DNA of 64,000 nucleotides. Origin: Candidatus Sulfopaludibacter sp. SbA3. Its GTDB lineage: Bacteria > Acidobacteriota > Vicinamibacteria > Vicinamibacterales > UBA2999. The translations under genes and the position numbers were made by a program. Shown here piece after piece: positions 1 to 8,549 of this stretch. Each line of letters begins with the position of its first letter. The first letter of the stretch is position 1. The notes under the pieces are model-generated. The model was not told where the DNA came from, searched no databases, and worked only from the letters and a program-made list of their open reading frames with translations. The DNA is taken from positions 14,096 to 78,095 of the forward strand of contig CAMDNQ010000013.1 in assembly GCA_945903265.1 (NCBI GenBank), in the 5' to 3' direction.

Positions 1-98
1 TCTGCAGGAATCCAGCGGGCCAGGTAGTCGGACACCGCCTGCCAGACAACGCGTCTGGACGGGTCGGGGGTCAGGTGGGCATCGTGATAGGTCGTCAC
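1..98 (-). CDS. hypothetical protein, 5' end only (gene continues past window start)
   Basis: The GTG at 98 overlaps the epimerase stop (GTGTGA, 4-nt overlap). The frame stays open to position 1 and reads MTTYHDAHLTPDPSRRVVWQAVSDYLARWIPA. It is too short for a family call. Confidence 0.35.
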   Translation of the reverse strand, partial: MTTYHDAHLTPDPSRRVVWQAVSDYLARWIPA

Positions 99-1090
99 AC
101 CCGCCACGCCGCCGGCAGGTTGCGCAGGATTTCGATCCCTTCGAAACGCGCGCCTGTGCGGGCGCCGTGGCGGCGCACCCACGCGGCCATCCGGCTCAGC
201 CCATCGGCCAGCGGCGTCTCGTCACGGCGTCCCGACACTCCGCGGACCTTGGCGTGTGAGGCATACGCATGCTGCACCTCGCTCCGGGGCGCCAGATGGA
301 CGACGTTAGGGGCGGCGCCCATGGCGTCCGCGACGGCAGCCGCCAGCTGATTCAGCGTGTACGGCTGGTCGGCGCCCAGGTTGAAGACATCGTTCAGAAA
401 CGCATCGCCGTCCACCGACTCCGCGATGACAGGGGCCACATCGTCGATGTAGCTGAACGCCCGCGACTGCGCTCCGTCTCCGAAGATGGTCATCGGCTTC
501 CCCTGGAGAATCTGGTTCATGAAAATGCCGATGACGTTGCGGTAGGGATCGCCGATGTTCTGCCGGGGACCGTACACGTTGTGCGGACGGAAGACGACGT
601 ATTCGAGGCCGAAGAGGTCACGACACGCCTTGAGCTCGAGCTCCACCGCATGCTTGGCAATGCCGTACGAGTCTTCCGGGTGCACCGGCGTCTCTTCCGT
701 CAGCGGCAGGTCCGCATGCGTGCCGTACACCGCGATGGACGAAGTGAAGACGAATCGCCGCACCCCTGTATTGATCGCCGCGTTGAGCAGCGTCACGCTG
801 CCGATCACGTTGTTGGTGTAGTTGAAACGCTTGATGAAGTGGCTCAGGCCTTCCGCGGCGTAGGCCGCGAGGTGCACGATCGTGTCGAACTTGTGCTCCG
901 CGCAGAGACGGTCAACCAGCGGCGCGTCGACGACGCTGCCATGCACGAAGGACGCTGCGGCGGGGACGTTGTCGCGGTCGCCACCGGACAGGTCGTCAAG
1001 AACGGTGACGGGGTGGCCGCGCTGGAGCAGGGCATCCGCTACGTGGGAGCCGATGAACCCGGCTCCGCCGGTCACGAGTACGCGGCTCAT
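95..1090 (-). CDS. NAD-dependent sugar epimerase/dehydratase (extended SDR family)
   Basis: This is a 331-aa ORF. It has the Rossmann motif VLVTGGAGFIGSH and the catalytic YGIAKH (YxxxK) typical of UDP-sugar 4-epimerase-like enzymes. Confidence 0.9.
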   Translation of the reverse strand: MSRVLVTGGAGFIGSHVADALLQRGHPVTVLDDLSGGDRDNVPAAASFVHGSVVDAPLVDRLCAEHKFDTIVHLAAYAAEGLSHFIKRFNYTNNVIGSVTLLNAAINTGVRRFVFTSSIAVYGTHADLPLTEETPVHPEDSYGIAKHAVELELKACRDLFGLEYVVFRPHNVYGPRQNIGDPYRNVIGIFMNQILQGKPMTIFGDGAQSRAFSYIDDVAPVIAESVDGDAFLNDVFNLGADQPYTLNQLAAAVADAMGAAPNVVHLAPRSEVQHAYASHAKVRGVSGRRDETPLADGLSRMAAWVRRHGARTGARFEGIEILRNLPAAWRV

Positions 1091-1140
1091 GGTGGAGGCG
1101 GGATCGTATCACGCCGTCCTCCGGGAGCTCGCGCGTCCGG

Positions 1141-1806
1141 TCAGCGAGTCGTCCAGACGATATTCGGCGCCAGCCGTGCGGCTTCGATTCGGGCGCGGAT
1201 CGTAGCGGCGTCCTGCGCGCTGAACTGCCAGTCGCCGGCGCTGCGGCGGCGCAGCTCGCGCTCCCGCCAGACAGGCCGCATCAGTCCCTGCCCGCTATGC
1301 GCATGCGACGCAAGCAGCAGGTGACCGAGCTCGTGCGCGATCGCATGACCGAGCAGCTCCCCCTCGTCGGCGCCGGCCGACTGTGACAGCCGCTGGACCC
1401 GTTGAAAGTAGATCGTGGCAAAGACGGCCGAGCCAGTGGCGATGTCCACCAGCGCGTCGCCAAGCGCATGCGGTCCGCGGCCGGAGGCATCGGCGGTGCG
1501 GACGATGCGCACGACGTACTCGCCCGCCAGCGGCGCGTCGCACCGGACGGTCAGGCTGCCGACCGCACATTCCTCCCACCGGACGGCCACCGACGCGGAT
1601 CGAAGCGCCGACTCGGAGGTCGTGAGCGCGGTGCGTGTGGTCGCCGCGTCGAGGCCCGCCACGTCATACACGCGAACGATGACGGGGTACGGCTGCTGAG
1701 GCTCGGCCGCCGCAACGGTGGCGATTGCGACGACAAGCGTGGCCTGCAGCGCCGCCCGCAGTGCTGCCTGCTGTGCCGCCTGAAAGGTGACCTTGCCGCG
1801 ATCCAT
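1141..1806 (-). CDS. exported metzincin-like zinc metalloprotease-fold protein
   Basis: The protein is 221 aa with a hydrophobic N-terminal segment. HELGHLLLASH gives the HExxHxxxxxH zinc-site spacing and is followed by GLMRP, a possible Met-turn. The call is by motif only. Confidence 0.65.
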   Translation of the reverse strand: MDRGKVTFQAAQQAALRAALQATLVVAIATVAAAEPQQPYPVIVRVYDVAGLDAATTRTALTTSESALRSASVAVRWEECAVGSLTVRCDAPLAGEYVVRIVRTADASGRGPHALGDALVDIATGSAVFATIYFQRVQRLSQSAGADEGELLGHAIAHELGHLLLASHAHSGQGLMRPVWRERELRRRSAGDWQFSAQDAATIRARIEAARLAPNIVWTTR

Positions 1807-1849
1807 GCGGCAAGGGTGAAGCCCGGCGCCGGGTACCTCAATGCACTGG

Positions 1850-1878
1850 AGGTGACATCAAGGTGACCCGGAGGTGAC
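1850..1878. promoter_or_regulatory. three AGGTGAC direct repeats spaced exactly 11 bp apart (candidate operator)
   Basis: AGGTGAC occurs at 1850-1856, 1861-1867 and 1872-1878. The sites lie 44-72 nt upstream of the minus-strand start at 1806. Confidence 0.35.
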
Positions 1879-1977
1879 TTCGCTATCTGGCAAGCAAGGT
1901 GTTCGCGCAGAAATGTCGCAGGAAGGTGATGCTCGATCAGTCGAAGCTGATCGGATGTGCGGGGGTCGGAGTCTCGT

Positions 1978-2184
1978 CTAGTGCACGACTTCGGCATCGA
2001 CGACGTCGTCTTCCTCGAGATGCGGGATCTCGAGGGAGCGGACGGCTTCAATGGCGGCAGCGAACGTCTGGTCGACGCACCGGTCGACCTGTGACACCCG
2101 CAGCCGCTTTCTCGCGGCACGCAGGGCGCGCAGCACCTGCGCCCGATCGAAGCGCTGGCCCTGGCAGTGGTCGCAAAAGCTCAT
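1978..2184 (-). CDS. small CxxC-containing hypothetical protein (68 aa)
   Basis: There is an internal ATG at 2184 with GGAGG 11 nt upstream. The protein reads MSFCDHCQGQRFDRAQVLRALRAARKRL... The longer 142-aa track ORF runs into the inverted-repeat element and looks non-coding there. Confidence 0.45.
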   Translation of the reverse strand: MSFCDHCQGQRFDRAQVLRALRAARKRLRVSQVDRCVDQTFAAAIEAVRSLEIPHLEEDDVVDAEVVH

Positions 2185-2285
2185 GTCGTCCGGTGCCTCC
2201 GCACCCAGTTCTACCAAATCGGCGATCCGGGCACAAATGCCGGGCGCTGCGTCGCAAGAGAGTCGCCAATGCAGGCGGGGGCCCG

Positions 2286-2580
2286 GAGGGGACGGAGGCA
2301 ACGGGACGAAATCACAGGAGGAACGGAGCAACGGAGACGCGCGGAGGGACGCCGATGAAGCCCGCCTTCGGCGGGCTGATGGAACGAGTGAAACCCCAAT
2401 TCTCAAGCCCCTTGACGATCCGCCTGGCTTGAAATTGGGGTTTCACTCGTTCCATCCCGCGCAAGCGCGTCATCGGCGTCGTTCGCACGCTAACTTCATC
2501 ATCCTCGAACGCCGCCCGGGTCATCTCCGTTCGTCTCCGTTTCTCCGTTCCTCCTGTGATCTCTTCCCGTTCCCTCCGTA
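2286..2580. repeat. nested inverted-repeat element (candidate structured RNA or MITE-like element)
   Basis: A perfect 24-bp stem (2378-2401 with 2433-2456) is extended by 7 bp (2403-2409 with 2426-2432). It is flanked by a 9-bp pair (2350-2358 with 2470-2478). The outer 29-nt arms (2311-2339 and 2532-2560) carry one mismatch. Confidence 0.75.
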
Positions 2581-2587
2581 GTCTCCG

Positions 2588-3394
2588 CTACCTCCCGCTG
2601 GCGGGTTTCGCGACGGTCTCCAGGTACTGCAGCGCCTCGGAGGGCACGCACATCTGTTCCTCCAGCTCCTTCCCGCGCTTCAGCATCTGCCGCGATGCCA
2701 CGAACGGCTTCGTGTACATCTCTGGGTCGGTGATCGTCACGGTCTGTTCCAGCGTGTCGGCATCGATGCGGCGGTACCTCTCCTCGACGCGGCCGCCGAG
2801 GCCATGCGGGTGTCCGTATTCATCGCCCCAGGTCGTCTCGGGAGCGCCCACCGTGTCGATCACGAACGTGAAGTCGTCTGCCCAGCGCCCGATCGAGTAG
2901 CCATACCAGCGCGGGTCGGGCGACTGGGGCGACGTTCCGCCGGCATCCTTCGGCAGCGTCCGCCCGTCGGTCCAGATCTCCCGGAACACGCGTTGGTACT
3001 GCAGCAGGTGCAGGGTCTTCGCGGGCGTGTGCAGGAATTCCATGCCACGCAGTTCGTGGAGCACGCTGCGCGGAAAGCCGAGCGGATCGCAGGTCACGAG
3101 CGGGTCGTTGGAGTCGGCGACGGGCACCGCTCGGTCGCCGTACATCGGCTTCGACGCATCGAACAACGCCTGTCCCCTTGGGGTCATCGGCGCGGTCGGC
3201 TCGAGCTCCGGAGCGGGGCCGGGGCCGAGCCACACGCCGCTGATATCGCGTCTCGGCGCCGGCCCGGCCGGCGCAGCGGGTGACGCCGTGGTCGAGCTCG
3301 TCACGCGCTGACCGGCTTCGATGGTGACCTGCGCGGCGTCAGTAGTGATCGCTGTCGTTGCGAAAAGTGCGGCGGCTAGCAGGGGTAATCGCAT
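2588..3394 (-). CDS. exported conserved hypothetical protein (family A, paralog of 41959-42849)
   Basis: I trimmed the start to MRLPLLAAALFATTAITTDAAQ, a signal peptide. It shares the blocks C.P.G.PR, G.S.GRWxxxT and ER...DADT....DP..YT.PF with the 41959 gene. The upstream part of the track ORF is Arg-rich junk. Confidence 0.75.
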   Translation of the reverse strand: MRLPLLAAALFATTAITTDAAQVTIEAGQRVTSSTTASPAAPAGPAPRRDISGVWLGPGPAPELEPTAPMTPRGQALFDASKPMYGDRAVPVADSNDPLVTCDPLGFPRSVLHELRGMEFLHTPAKTLHLLQYQRVFREIWTDGRTLPKDAGGTSPQSPDPRWYGYSIGRWADDFTFVIDTVGAPETTWGDEYGHPHGLGGRVEERYRRIDADTLEQTVTITDPEMYTKPFVASRQMLKRGKELEEQMCVPSEALQYLETVAKPASGR

Positions 3395-3424
3395 CACGTC
3401 CTCCGGAAACGGACCGAAGGTATC

Positions 3425-3835
3425 ATGTCGGACACCATGAGTCCGATACGGAACATCGTCGCAGGCGCGTGCGCCCTCGCGGCGCTTGCCGCGCCCGTAG
3501 CGGCGCACCATTCGGCGGCCGCCTATATCGACACCTCCATCGTGATCGCAGGCGCCACGATCACGAACGTCATCTGGGCGAACCCCCACACGATCATCAG
3601 CTTCGACGTGAAGGCAGGGGAGCGCGCCGGCTCCTGGAGCGCCGAGGCGGGCAGCCCGTCGGCGCAGACGCGCATGGGCTGGAACCGCAATTCGCTCCGG
3701 CCTGGCGACCAGGTGACGGTGACACTCTTCCCGGCGCGAAACGGCGCGAAGGTCGGGCGACTGTCTCACGTGATCTTTGCCGACGGGAAAGAACTGCTCG
3801 ATAGTCAAAGCACCCGCGAACGTCCCGGCCAATAG
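3425..3835 (+). CDS. DUF6152-like small exported protein
   Basis: The signal peptide ends ...AAPVAAHHS. It also has W.NPH, a G(W)NRNSLRPGD block and a VTV motif, matching my memory of the DUF6152 pattern. It is a paralog of 18355-18735. Confidence 0.7.
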   Translation: MSDTMSPIRNIVAGACALAALAAPVAAHHSAAAYIDTSIVIAGATITNVIWANPHTIISFDVKAGERAGSWSAEAGSPSAQTRMGWNRNSLRPGDQVTVTLFPARNGAKVGRLSHVIFADGKELLDSQSTRERPGQ

Positions 3836-3845
3836 GAGCACCTCC

Positions 3846-5435
3846 ATGCGCTGCAGCTGCATTCTGATTGCGTTGCTTCTCGCGTCGCCATCACTGGCGC
3901 ACGCACAGGGGCGAACCGACGACTACAAGCGCGATGTCGCCGCATCCGTCGACAGCATGGCGAAGCTGGCGCAGGAGATGGTCGATTCCGTCTTCAGCTT
4001 TTCCGAGCTGGCCCACCAGGAAGTCGAAACCTCCCGCTATCTGACCGCCGTCCTCGAGAAGAACGGGTTCACGATCCGCCGCGGCGTGGCCGGCATTCCC
4101 ACGGCCTGGGTCGCCACGTGGGGCTCCGGCCGGCCGGTGATTGCGCTCGGGTCGGACATCGACGGCATTCCGCAGGCGTCCCAGAAGCCGGGGGTGCCGT
4201 ATCGCGAGCCGTTGATTGCCGGTGCGCCCGGGCATGGGGAAGGGCACAACAGCGGCGTGCCGCTCAATATCGTCGCCGCGCTGGCGGTGAAGCGGATCAT
4301 GGAGCGGGACAAGCTGCCGGGCACGCTGATGCTCTGGCCCGGGGTTGCCGAGGAGCTGCTGGCGTCGAAGGCCTGGTTCGTCCGCGAGGGCATCTTCGCC
4401 GGCGTCGACGTCTGCCTGTTCGCGCACGTCGGCAACAACCTGCAGGTCTCCTGGGGATCCACGACCTCCAACGGCCTTGTGTCGATTGAATACAGCTTCG
4501 ACGGCGAGACCGCCCACAGCGCCGGTGCACCCTGGCGCGGACGCAGCGCGCTCGACGCGGTGGAGCTGATGAACGCCGGGTGGAACTATCGCCGCGAGCA
4601 TCTTCGGCTGCAGCAGCGCACCCACTACGTCATCACCGACGGCGGCGATCAGCCGAACGTCGTGCCCGCCCGCGCCACGGTCTGGTACTTCTTCCGTGAG
4701 ACGGAGTACCCGCGGATCAAGGAGATGTGGGATATGGGCAACAAGATGGCCGAGGGCGCGTCCCTGATGACCGGGACGGCGTGGACGTCGCGGATCATCG
4801 GCGCCGCCTGGCCCCAGCACTTCAACAAGCCGGTGGCCGAGGCGATGTTCGCCAACATGCAGCGCGTCGGTCTGCCGGCATGGTCAGAGGACGACCAGGC
4901 CTTCGCCAGAGCCGTGCAGAAGGAAATCGCCGCGCCCGTGCAGACCGGTCTCGAGACCGAGCTGGCGAAGCTCGAAGAGCCCATCAAGGACGACGATAAG
5001 CGGGGTGGGGGATCCGACGACATCGGCGACGTGTCGTGGACTGTGCCGACGGTGACGCTGCGCTACCCGTCGAACATCCCGGGGCTGCCGGGGCACAACT
5101 GGGTCAATGCGATTGCGATGGCGACGCCCATCGCCCACAAGGGCGTGGTCGCCGGCGCGAAGGTGCAGGCGATGACGATGATCGACCTGCTGACCCGGCC
5201 GGAGCTCGTGACGCAGGCACGCGACTATTTCGTTGGCGTCCAGACGAAGGACCAGACGTACACGCCGTTCATCGCTGCCGATACGCCGCCGCCGACGTGG
5301 CTGAACAGGGAAGTGATGGACCGGTTCCGGCCCGAGCTGCGGAAGTTCTATTACGACCCGTCGCGTTACGCGACGTATCTCGAACAGCTGGGGGTGGCGT
5401 ACCCGATGCTGCGCCGGACGGAGCCGAGGCCGTGA
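3846..5435 (+). CDS. M20-family amidohydrolase/peptidase (AbgB-like), exported
   Basis: I trimmed the start to MRCSCILIALLLASPSLAHAQ. The protein is about 530 aa with the metal-site block PGHGEGHNSG and the overall layout of M20 aminoacylase/AbgB-type enzymes. Confidence 0.85.
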   Translation: MRCSCILIALLLASPSLAHAQGRTDDYKRDVAASVDSMAKLAQEMVDSVFSFSELAHQEVETSRYLTAVLEKNGFTIRRGVAGIPTAWVATWGSGRPVIALGSDIDGIPQASQKPGVPYREPLIAGAPGHGEGHNSGVPLNIVAALAVKRIMERDKLPGTLMLWPGVAEELLASKAWFVREGIFAGVDVCLFAHVGNNLQVSWGSTTSNGLVSIEYSFDGETAHSAGAPWRGRSALDAVELMNAGWNYRREHLRLQQRTHYVITDGGDQPNVVPARATVWYFFRETEYPRIKEMWDMGNKMAEGASLMTGTAWTSRIIGAAWPQHFNKPVAEAMFANMQRVGLPAWSEDDQAFARAVQKEIAAPVQTGLETELAKLEEPIKDDDKRGGGSDDIGDVSWTVPTVTLRYPSNIPGLPGHNWVNAIAMATPIAHKGVVAGAKVQAMTMIDLLTRPELVTQARDYFVGVQTKDQTYTPFIAADTPPPTWLNREVMDRFRPELRKFYYDPSRYATYLEQLGVAYPMLRRTEPRP

Positions 5436-5436
5436 G

Positions 5437-6687
5437 TTGAACGGCGTGTCGACCGGTGTCGCGACCGGCGGCTCGAGTTTTCCTGCTCTCCGGATTCCCG
5501 ATTATCGAAAGTTCTTCGCGGCCGGCGCGCTCTCGATGGTGGCCGACAACATCGAGCACGTCATCAGCTACTGGGTGATGTTCCAGGCGTTTCACTCGCC
5601 GGCGCTCGCCGGCTTCGCGGTCATCAGCCACTGGGTGCCGTTCCTGCTCTTCTCCTTTCATACCGGTGCACTGGCCGATCGCTACGATTGCCGGAAGCTG
5701 ATTCAGATCTCGCAGGTGCTCTACGTGGTGGCGTCCGCGAGCTGGGGGCTGCTGTTCCTGTTCGACGCGCTGCAGATGTGGCACGCGGTAGTCATCCTGC
5801 TGATCCACGGCGCCGCCGGCGTCATCGCCGCACCCGCCATACAGCTCATCATTCACGACATCGTGCCGCGCGAGCATCTGCCGAGCGCCATCCGTCTCAA
5901 TGCCAGCAGCCGGTATTTGTCGATTCTGCTGGGGCCCGCGATTGGCGGAGGACTGATGCTGCTGGTCGGGCCCGCGTGGGGCCTGCTGGCGAACGCGCTG
6001 ATCTACCTGCCATTCACGTTCTTTCTCCTGCGCGTCCCGTACACCGGTCACGCCTCGGCTGGCGGCCCCCGGCGCGAGCCGTTGCGATTCGCGGACGTCG
6101 CCACTGCATACGCCGCCGCCAGGAGCGAGCGGCGCATTATGACGATGATCGTGCTGGCCGGCGCGTCGTCGTTTTTCGTCGGCAACGCCTTCCAGGCGCA
6201 GATGCCGGAATACGCGCAGTACCTCGGCGCCGACAACACGGGCGCCAGGTACAGCATTCTGCTCGCGGCGAATGCCGCGGGGGCGATCGCCGGCGTCGTG
6301 CTGCTGGAAAGCGCGGCGGTGCTGCAGGTGAGCGTGCGGAACGCGCTCGTGTGCGCGGCGCTCTGGGCGACCGCCATGGGTCTCTTTCCGCTCACCGCCA
6401 GTTATCCGTTGGCGGTGGCGCTGCTCGTCGTGGCCGGCGTGTTCAGCATCGCGTTCACGTCGATGGCGCAGACGATCGTGCAGCTCCTCGCACCGGTGCC
6501 GCTCCGCGGCCGGCTCGTCGGGTTGTTCAATACGGCCATGCTCGGCTTGCGCGCGGGTGCGGGACTCACAATCGGCATCGCGGGCTCGTTTATCGGCGTC
6601 CGGCTGTCGCTGGCGCTGTCCGCGCTGGCCGTGCTCGTCGTCGCTGGCGTGCTGTTCGCGCGCGACTCACGGCCGGCCATTTCGTGA
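5437..6687 (+). CDS. MFS transporter
   Basis: The protein is 416 aa with about 12 hydrophobic helices. The N-terminal LRIPDYRKFFAAGALSMVADNIEHV resembles EntS/MFS_3-type exporters. Confidence 0.85.
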   Translation: MNGVSTGVATGGSSFPALRIPDYRKFFAAGALSMVADNIEHVISYWVMFQAFHSPALAGFAVISHWVPFLLFSFHTGALADRYDCRKLIQISQVLYVVASASWGLLFLFDALQMWHAVVILLIHGAAGVIAAPAIQLIIHDIVPREHLPSAIRLNASSRYLSILLGPAIGGGLMLLVGPAWGLLANALIYLPFTFFLLRVPYTGHASAGGPRREPLRFADVATAYAAARSERRIMTMIVLAGASSFFVGNAFQAQMPEYAQYLGADNTGARYSILLAANAAGAIAGVVLLESAAVLQVSVRNALVCAALWATAMGLFPLTASYPLAVALLVVAGVFSIAFTSMAQTIVQLLAPVPLRGRLVGLFNTAMLGLRAGAGLTIGIAGSFIGVRLSLALSALAVLVVAGVLFARDSRPAIS

Positions 6688-6729
6688 CGGCATTTTGACG
6701 ACGGCTGAGGTAGGTGTAGCATCGCCGCC

Positions 6730-7137
6730 GTGAACACCTCGGTCGTCTGGGTTGCACGGCCGTCCACCCCGAAACTTGATTCGTGGCTCGGAAAAGTGCG
6801 CGCCGCGGGGCTTCTCCCGGTCCGAGTCGATTCAGCGGATGCGGCGCTGCAGGTGCTCACGCAATTCCGGGCGGGCGTGGTCGTGTATCACGCCCCGATT
6901 GAAAATGGCGCGGGCGACTGCGAACGTCTCGTCGCCACGGGCGCGGCGATTGTCGCGGTGATCGACGAACCGCGGTACTCCCAGATTTATCTGTCGGTAG
7001 GATGCGCGGCGGTTGTGGGGGATCGGTGCCCGGGAACGGCGCTCGTGGATATTCTGAAAAACGTCGCGGCGGGGAAGAGGAATCTCGTGTGGCCGGAAAC
7101 GGCCGCGGGATCCGCTCCCGCAACAGCGGCCGGTTAG
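6730..7137 (+). CDS. hypothetical protein with degenerate receiver-like (CheY-fold) pattern
   Basis: The protein is 135 aa with alternating beta/alpha periodicity (VVWVA...LPVRV...GVVVYH...AIVAVID...AAVVG). It lacks the acidic pocket. Third-position GC is coding-like. Confidence 0.5.
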   Translation: MNTSVVWVARPSTPKLDSWLGKVRAAGLLPVRVDSADAALQVLTQFRAGVVVYHAPIENGAGDCERLVATGAAIVAVIDEPRYSQIYLSVGCAAVVGDRCPGTALVDILKNVAAGKRNLVWPETAAGSAPATAAG

Positions 7138-7679
7138 TCGAGCCGCTTCGCCATCCAGACCTTCTTGCACGCCAGGCAGGCGTACCACGCGCGGCGGTGG
7201 CTGGCGTATTCGAAGCTCATGACGCCTTCGTGGTCGCAATGCGCACACCGCGTGGTCGGCCATTCCCGCATGCAGTCGGCAGGCACCGCCCCCATCCGTA
7301 GCCGGATCATCCGACTGAGCCGGGAATAAATCAGGTTCGGGGCGAACGGCTGCAGGAGAACGGACCCACACCCCGCCATGATGGCGTCCGGGACACACGC
7401 TGGTTCAGCCGTCAGCACCAGGACCACTGGCGGAACACTCAATGCGCGTGCCCGCGCGATCAGAACCAGGGGAGCGCCGTCAGCGCCGTCGAGCGCCACG
7501 ACGAGTGCCGCCGGCACGGCGCGGGTCATCCGCTCGAGTGCGGCCGCAATGGAGGCCGTCACGACCCGGAACATGCTGCTGAGCACGGACACGTATCGAT
7601 CAGCGTCTGCGTCAACGACGAGCAGGTCGAGGGTGCCGGTATGCGCGGCCCCCGTCAAGGATGTCGACACGGGACTCAA
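7134..7679 (-). CDS. atypical receiver domain fused to C-terminal CxxC...CxxC zinc ribbon
   Basis: The receiver blocks are LLVVDADAD, VVALDG, VLVLTAE and LLQPF, with Lys replaced by Gln in the last. The C-terminus is RCAHCDHEGVMSFEYASHRRAWYACLACKKVW. Confidence 0.7.
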   Translation of the reverse strand: MSPVSTSLTGAAHTGTLDLLVVDADADRYVSVLSSMFRVVTASIAAALERMTRAVPAALVVALDGADGAPLVLIARARALSVPPVVLVLTAEPACVPDAIMAGCGSVLLQPFAPNLIYSRLSRMIRLRMGAVPADCMREWPTTRCAHCDHEGVMSFEYASHRRAWYACLACKKVWMAKRLD

Positions 7680-7781
7680 ACTCTACAGGAAACGCGCAAG
7701 ATACCCGGTTCTTTTCGGCGCACTCGCACCCGCACACCATTTTTGCTACGGTTGTCGTGTGGCCGGGCCATACACGAATTG

Positions 7782-8549
7782 ATGACCACTGATCTGCAGC
7801 GGCGACGCCGGAGCGATCTTCCCGAATTCATCCAGACCGAGCTCGACGTCGATGCGCTCGCCACCGAGATGTTCGCCCGCTATGCCGGGGAGCAGGACAT
7901 CGTGGTCGAGGGCGTTACCTACACCAAAACGTTTTTCAGCCCTGAGTACTGTCCCGACTTCCGCGTCATGAAACTGGCGGGCACGCTGGCGCTCCGCGTG
8001 AACCAGCGGGCGGTCGAGAGCCCCGAGACGGTCGAGCCGATGCGCGTGACGGTGCCGGAGATCATGCTGGCGGCGCTGCTGCACGACCTTGGCAAGCAGC
8101 ATGAAGACTGCGCGCCGTTCCTCCAGCTGCTGGAGCAGACGGATCTGCGCGGCGCGACGACGGCTGAAGCGACCGCCCGGAAGCAGTATCTGCTCGGCAT
8201 CGTCCGGGACGTGCACTGCCGGAAGGGCCCGTGCGTGATCGATCGGCTGGCGGACGCCGGCCGCCCCGAGCTGAGCAACCCCTTCATCGTGACGGTCGCG
8301 CGGCGGCACGGCGACGATTACGAGGTGAACCGCTGCACCAAGCAGGGCTGCTGGTGGGCGCGGGAGATTAACGTCGTGACGCTCGCCGACGATTACGACG
8401 CGTTCACGTCCGAGGGACCGGAACGGGCGTACAAGGCGGATCGGCTGTCGGACGAGGATGCGCTGGAACTGATTCGGAAGGGCGTGGCGCGAGGCCGGTA
8501 TGAACCGAACCTCGCGCAGATCTTCATCGAGGACGTGCTGCCGAGCTAG
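7782..8549 (+). CDS. HD-domain protein, degenerate HD-GYP-like
   Basis: I trimmed the start to MTTDLQRRRRS. It has the LLHDLGK (HD) motif and a later LADDYDAFTS...AYK block resembling the HD-GYP C-terminal region. The GYP motif itself is absent. Confidence 0.75.
   Translation: MTTDLQRRRRSDLPEFIQTELDVDALATEMFARYAGEQDIVVEGVTYTKTFFSPEYCPDFRVMKLAGTLALRVNQRAVESPETVEPMRVTVPEIMLAALLHDLGKQHEDCAPFLQLLEQTDLRGATTAEATARKQYLLGIVRDVHCRKGPCVIDRLADAGRPELSNPFIVTVARRHGDDYEVNRCTKQGCWWAREINVVTLADDYDAFTSEGPERAYKADRLSDEDALELIRKGVARGRYEPNLAQIFIEDVLPS

Noticed and set aside
2355-2432. A possible small peptide MKPAFGGLMERVKPQFSSPLTIRLA inside the inverted-repeat element.
   Set aside because: The reading frame is just the translation of one hairpin arm. 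The opposite arm yields a mirror peptide on the other strand. There is no RBS and no coding-like codon bias.
2286-2580. Whether the long hairpin could be 6S RNA, SRP RNA or another housekeeping RNA.
   Set aside because: I could not find the conserved SRP domain IV sequence or a 6S-like central bubble. The element is also longer than typical 6S RNA. This remains unresolved without a covariance-model search, so I report it as an unknown structured element instead.
3395-3862. 5' extensions of track ORFs: 2588-3862, 3777-3845, 16657-18513, 38205-38294, 39014-39796, 40776-42059, 43470-44795, 47393-48703, 51020-52528 and 60209-60550.
   Set aside because: In each case the extension is Arg/Pro/Gly-rich junk that overlaps a neighbouring gene or spacer. 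An internal start gives a signal peptide, a Shine-Dalgarno site or the onset of family homology.
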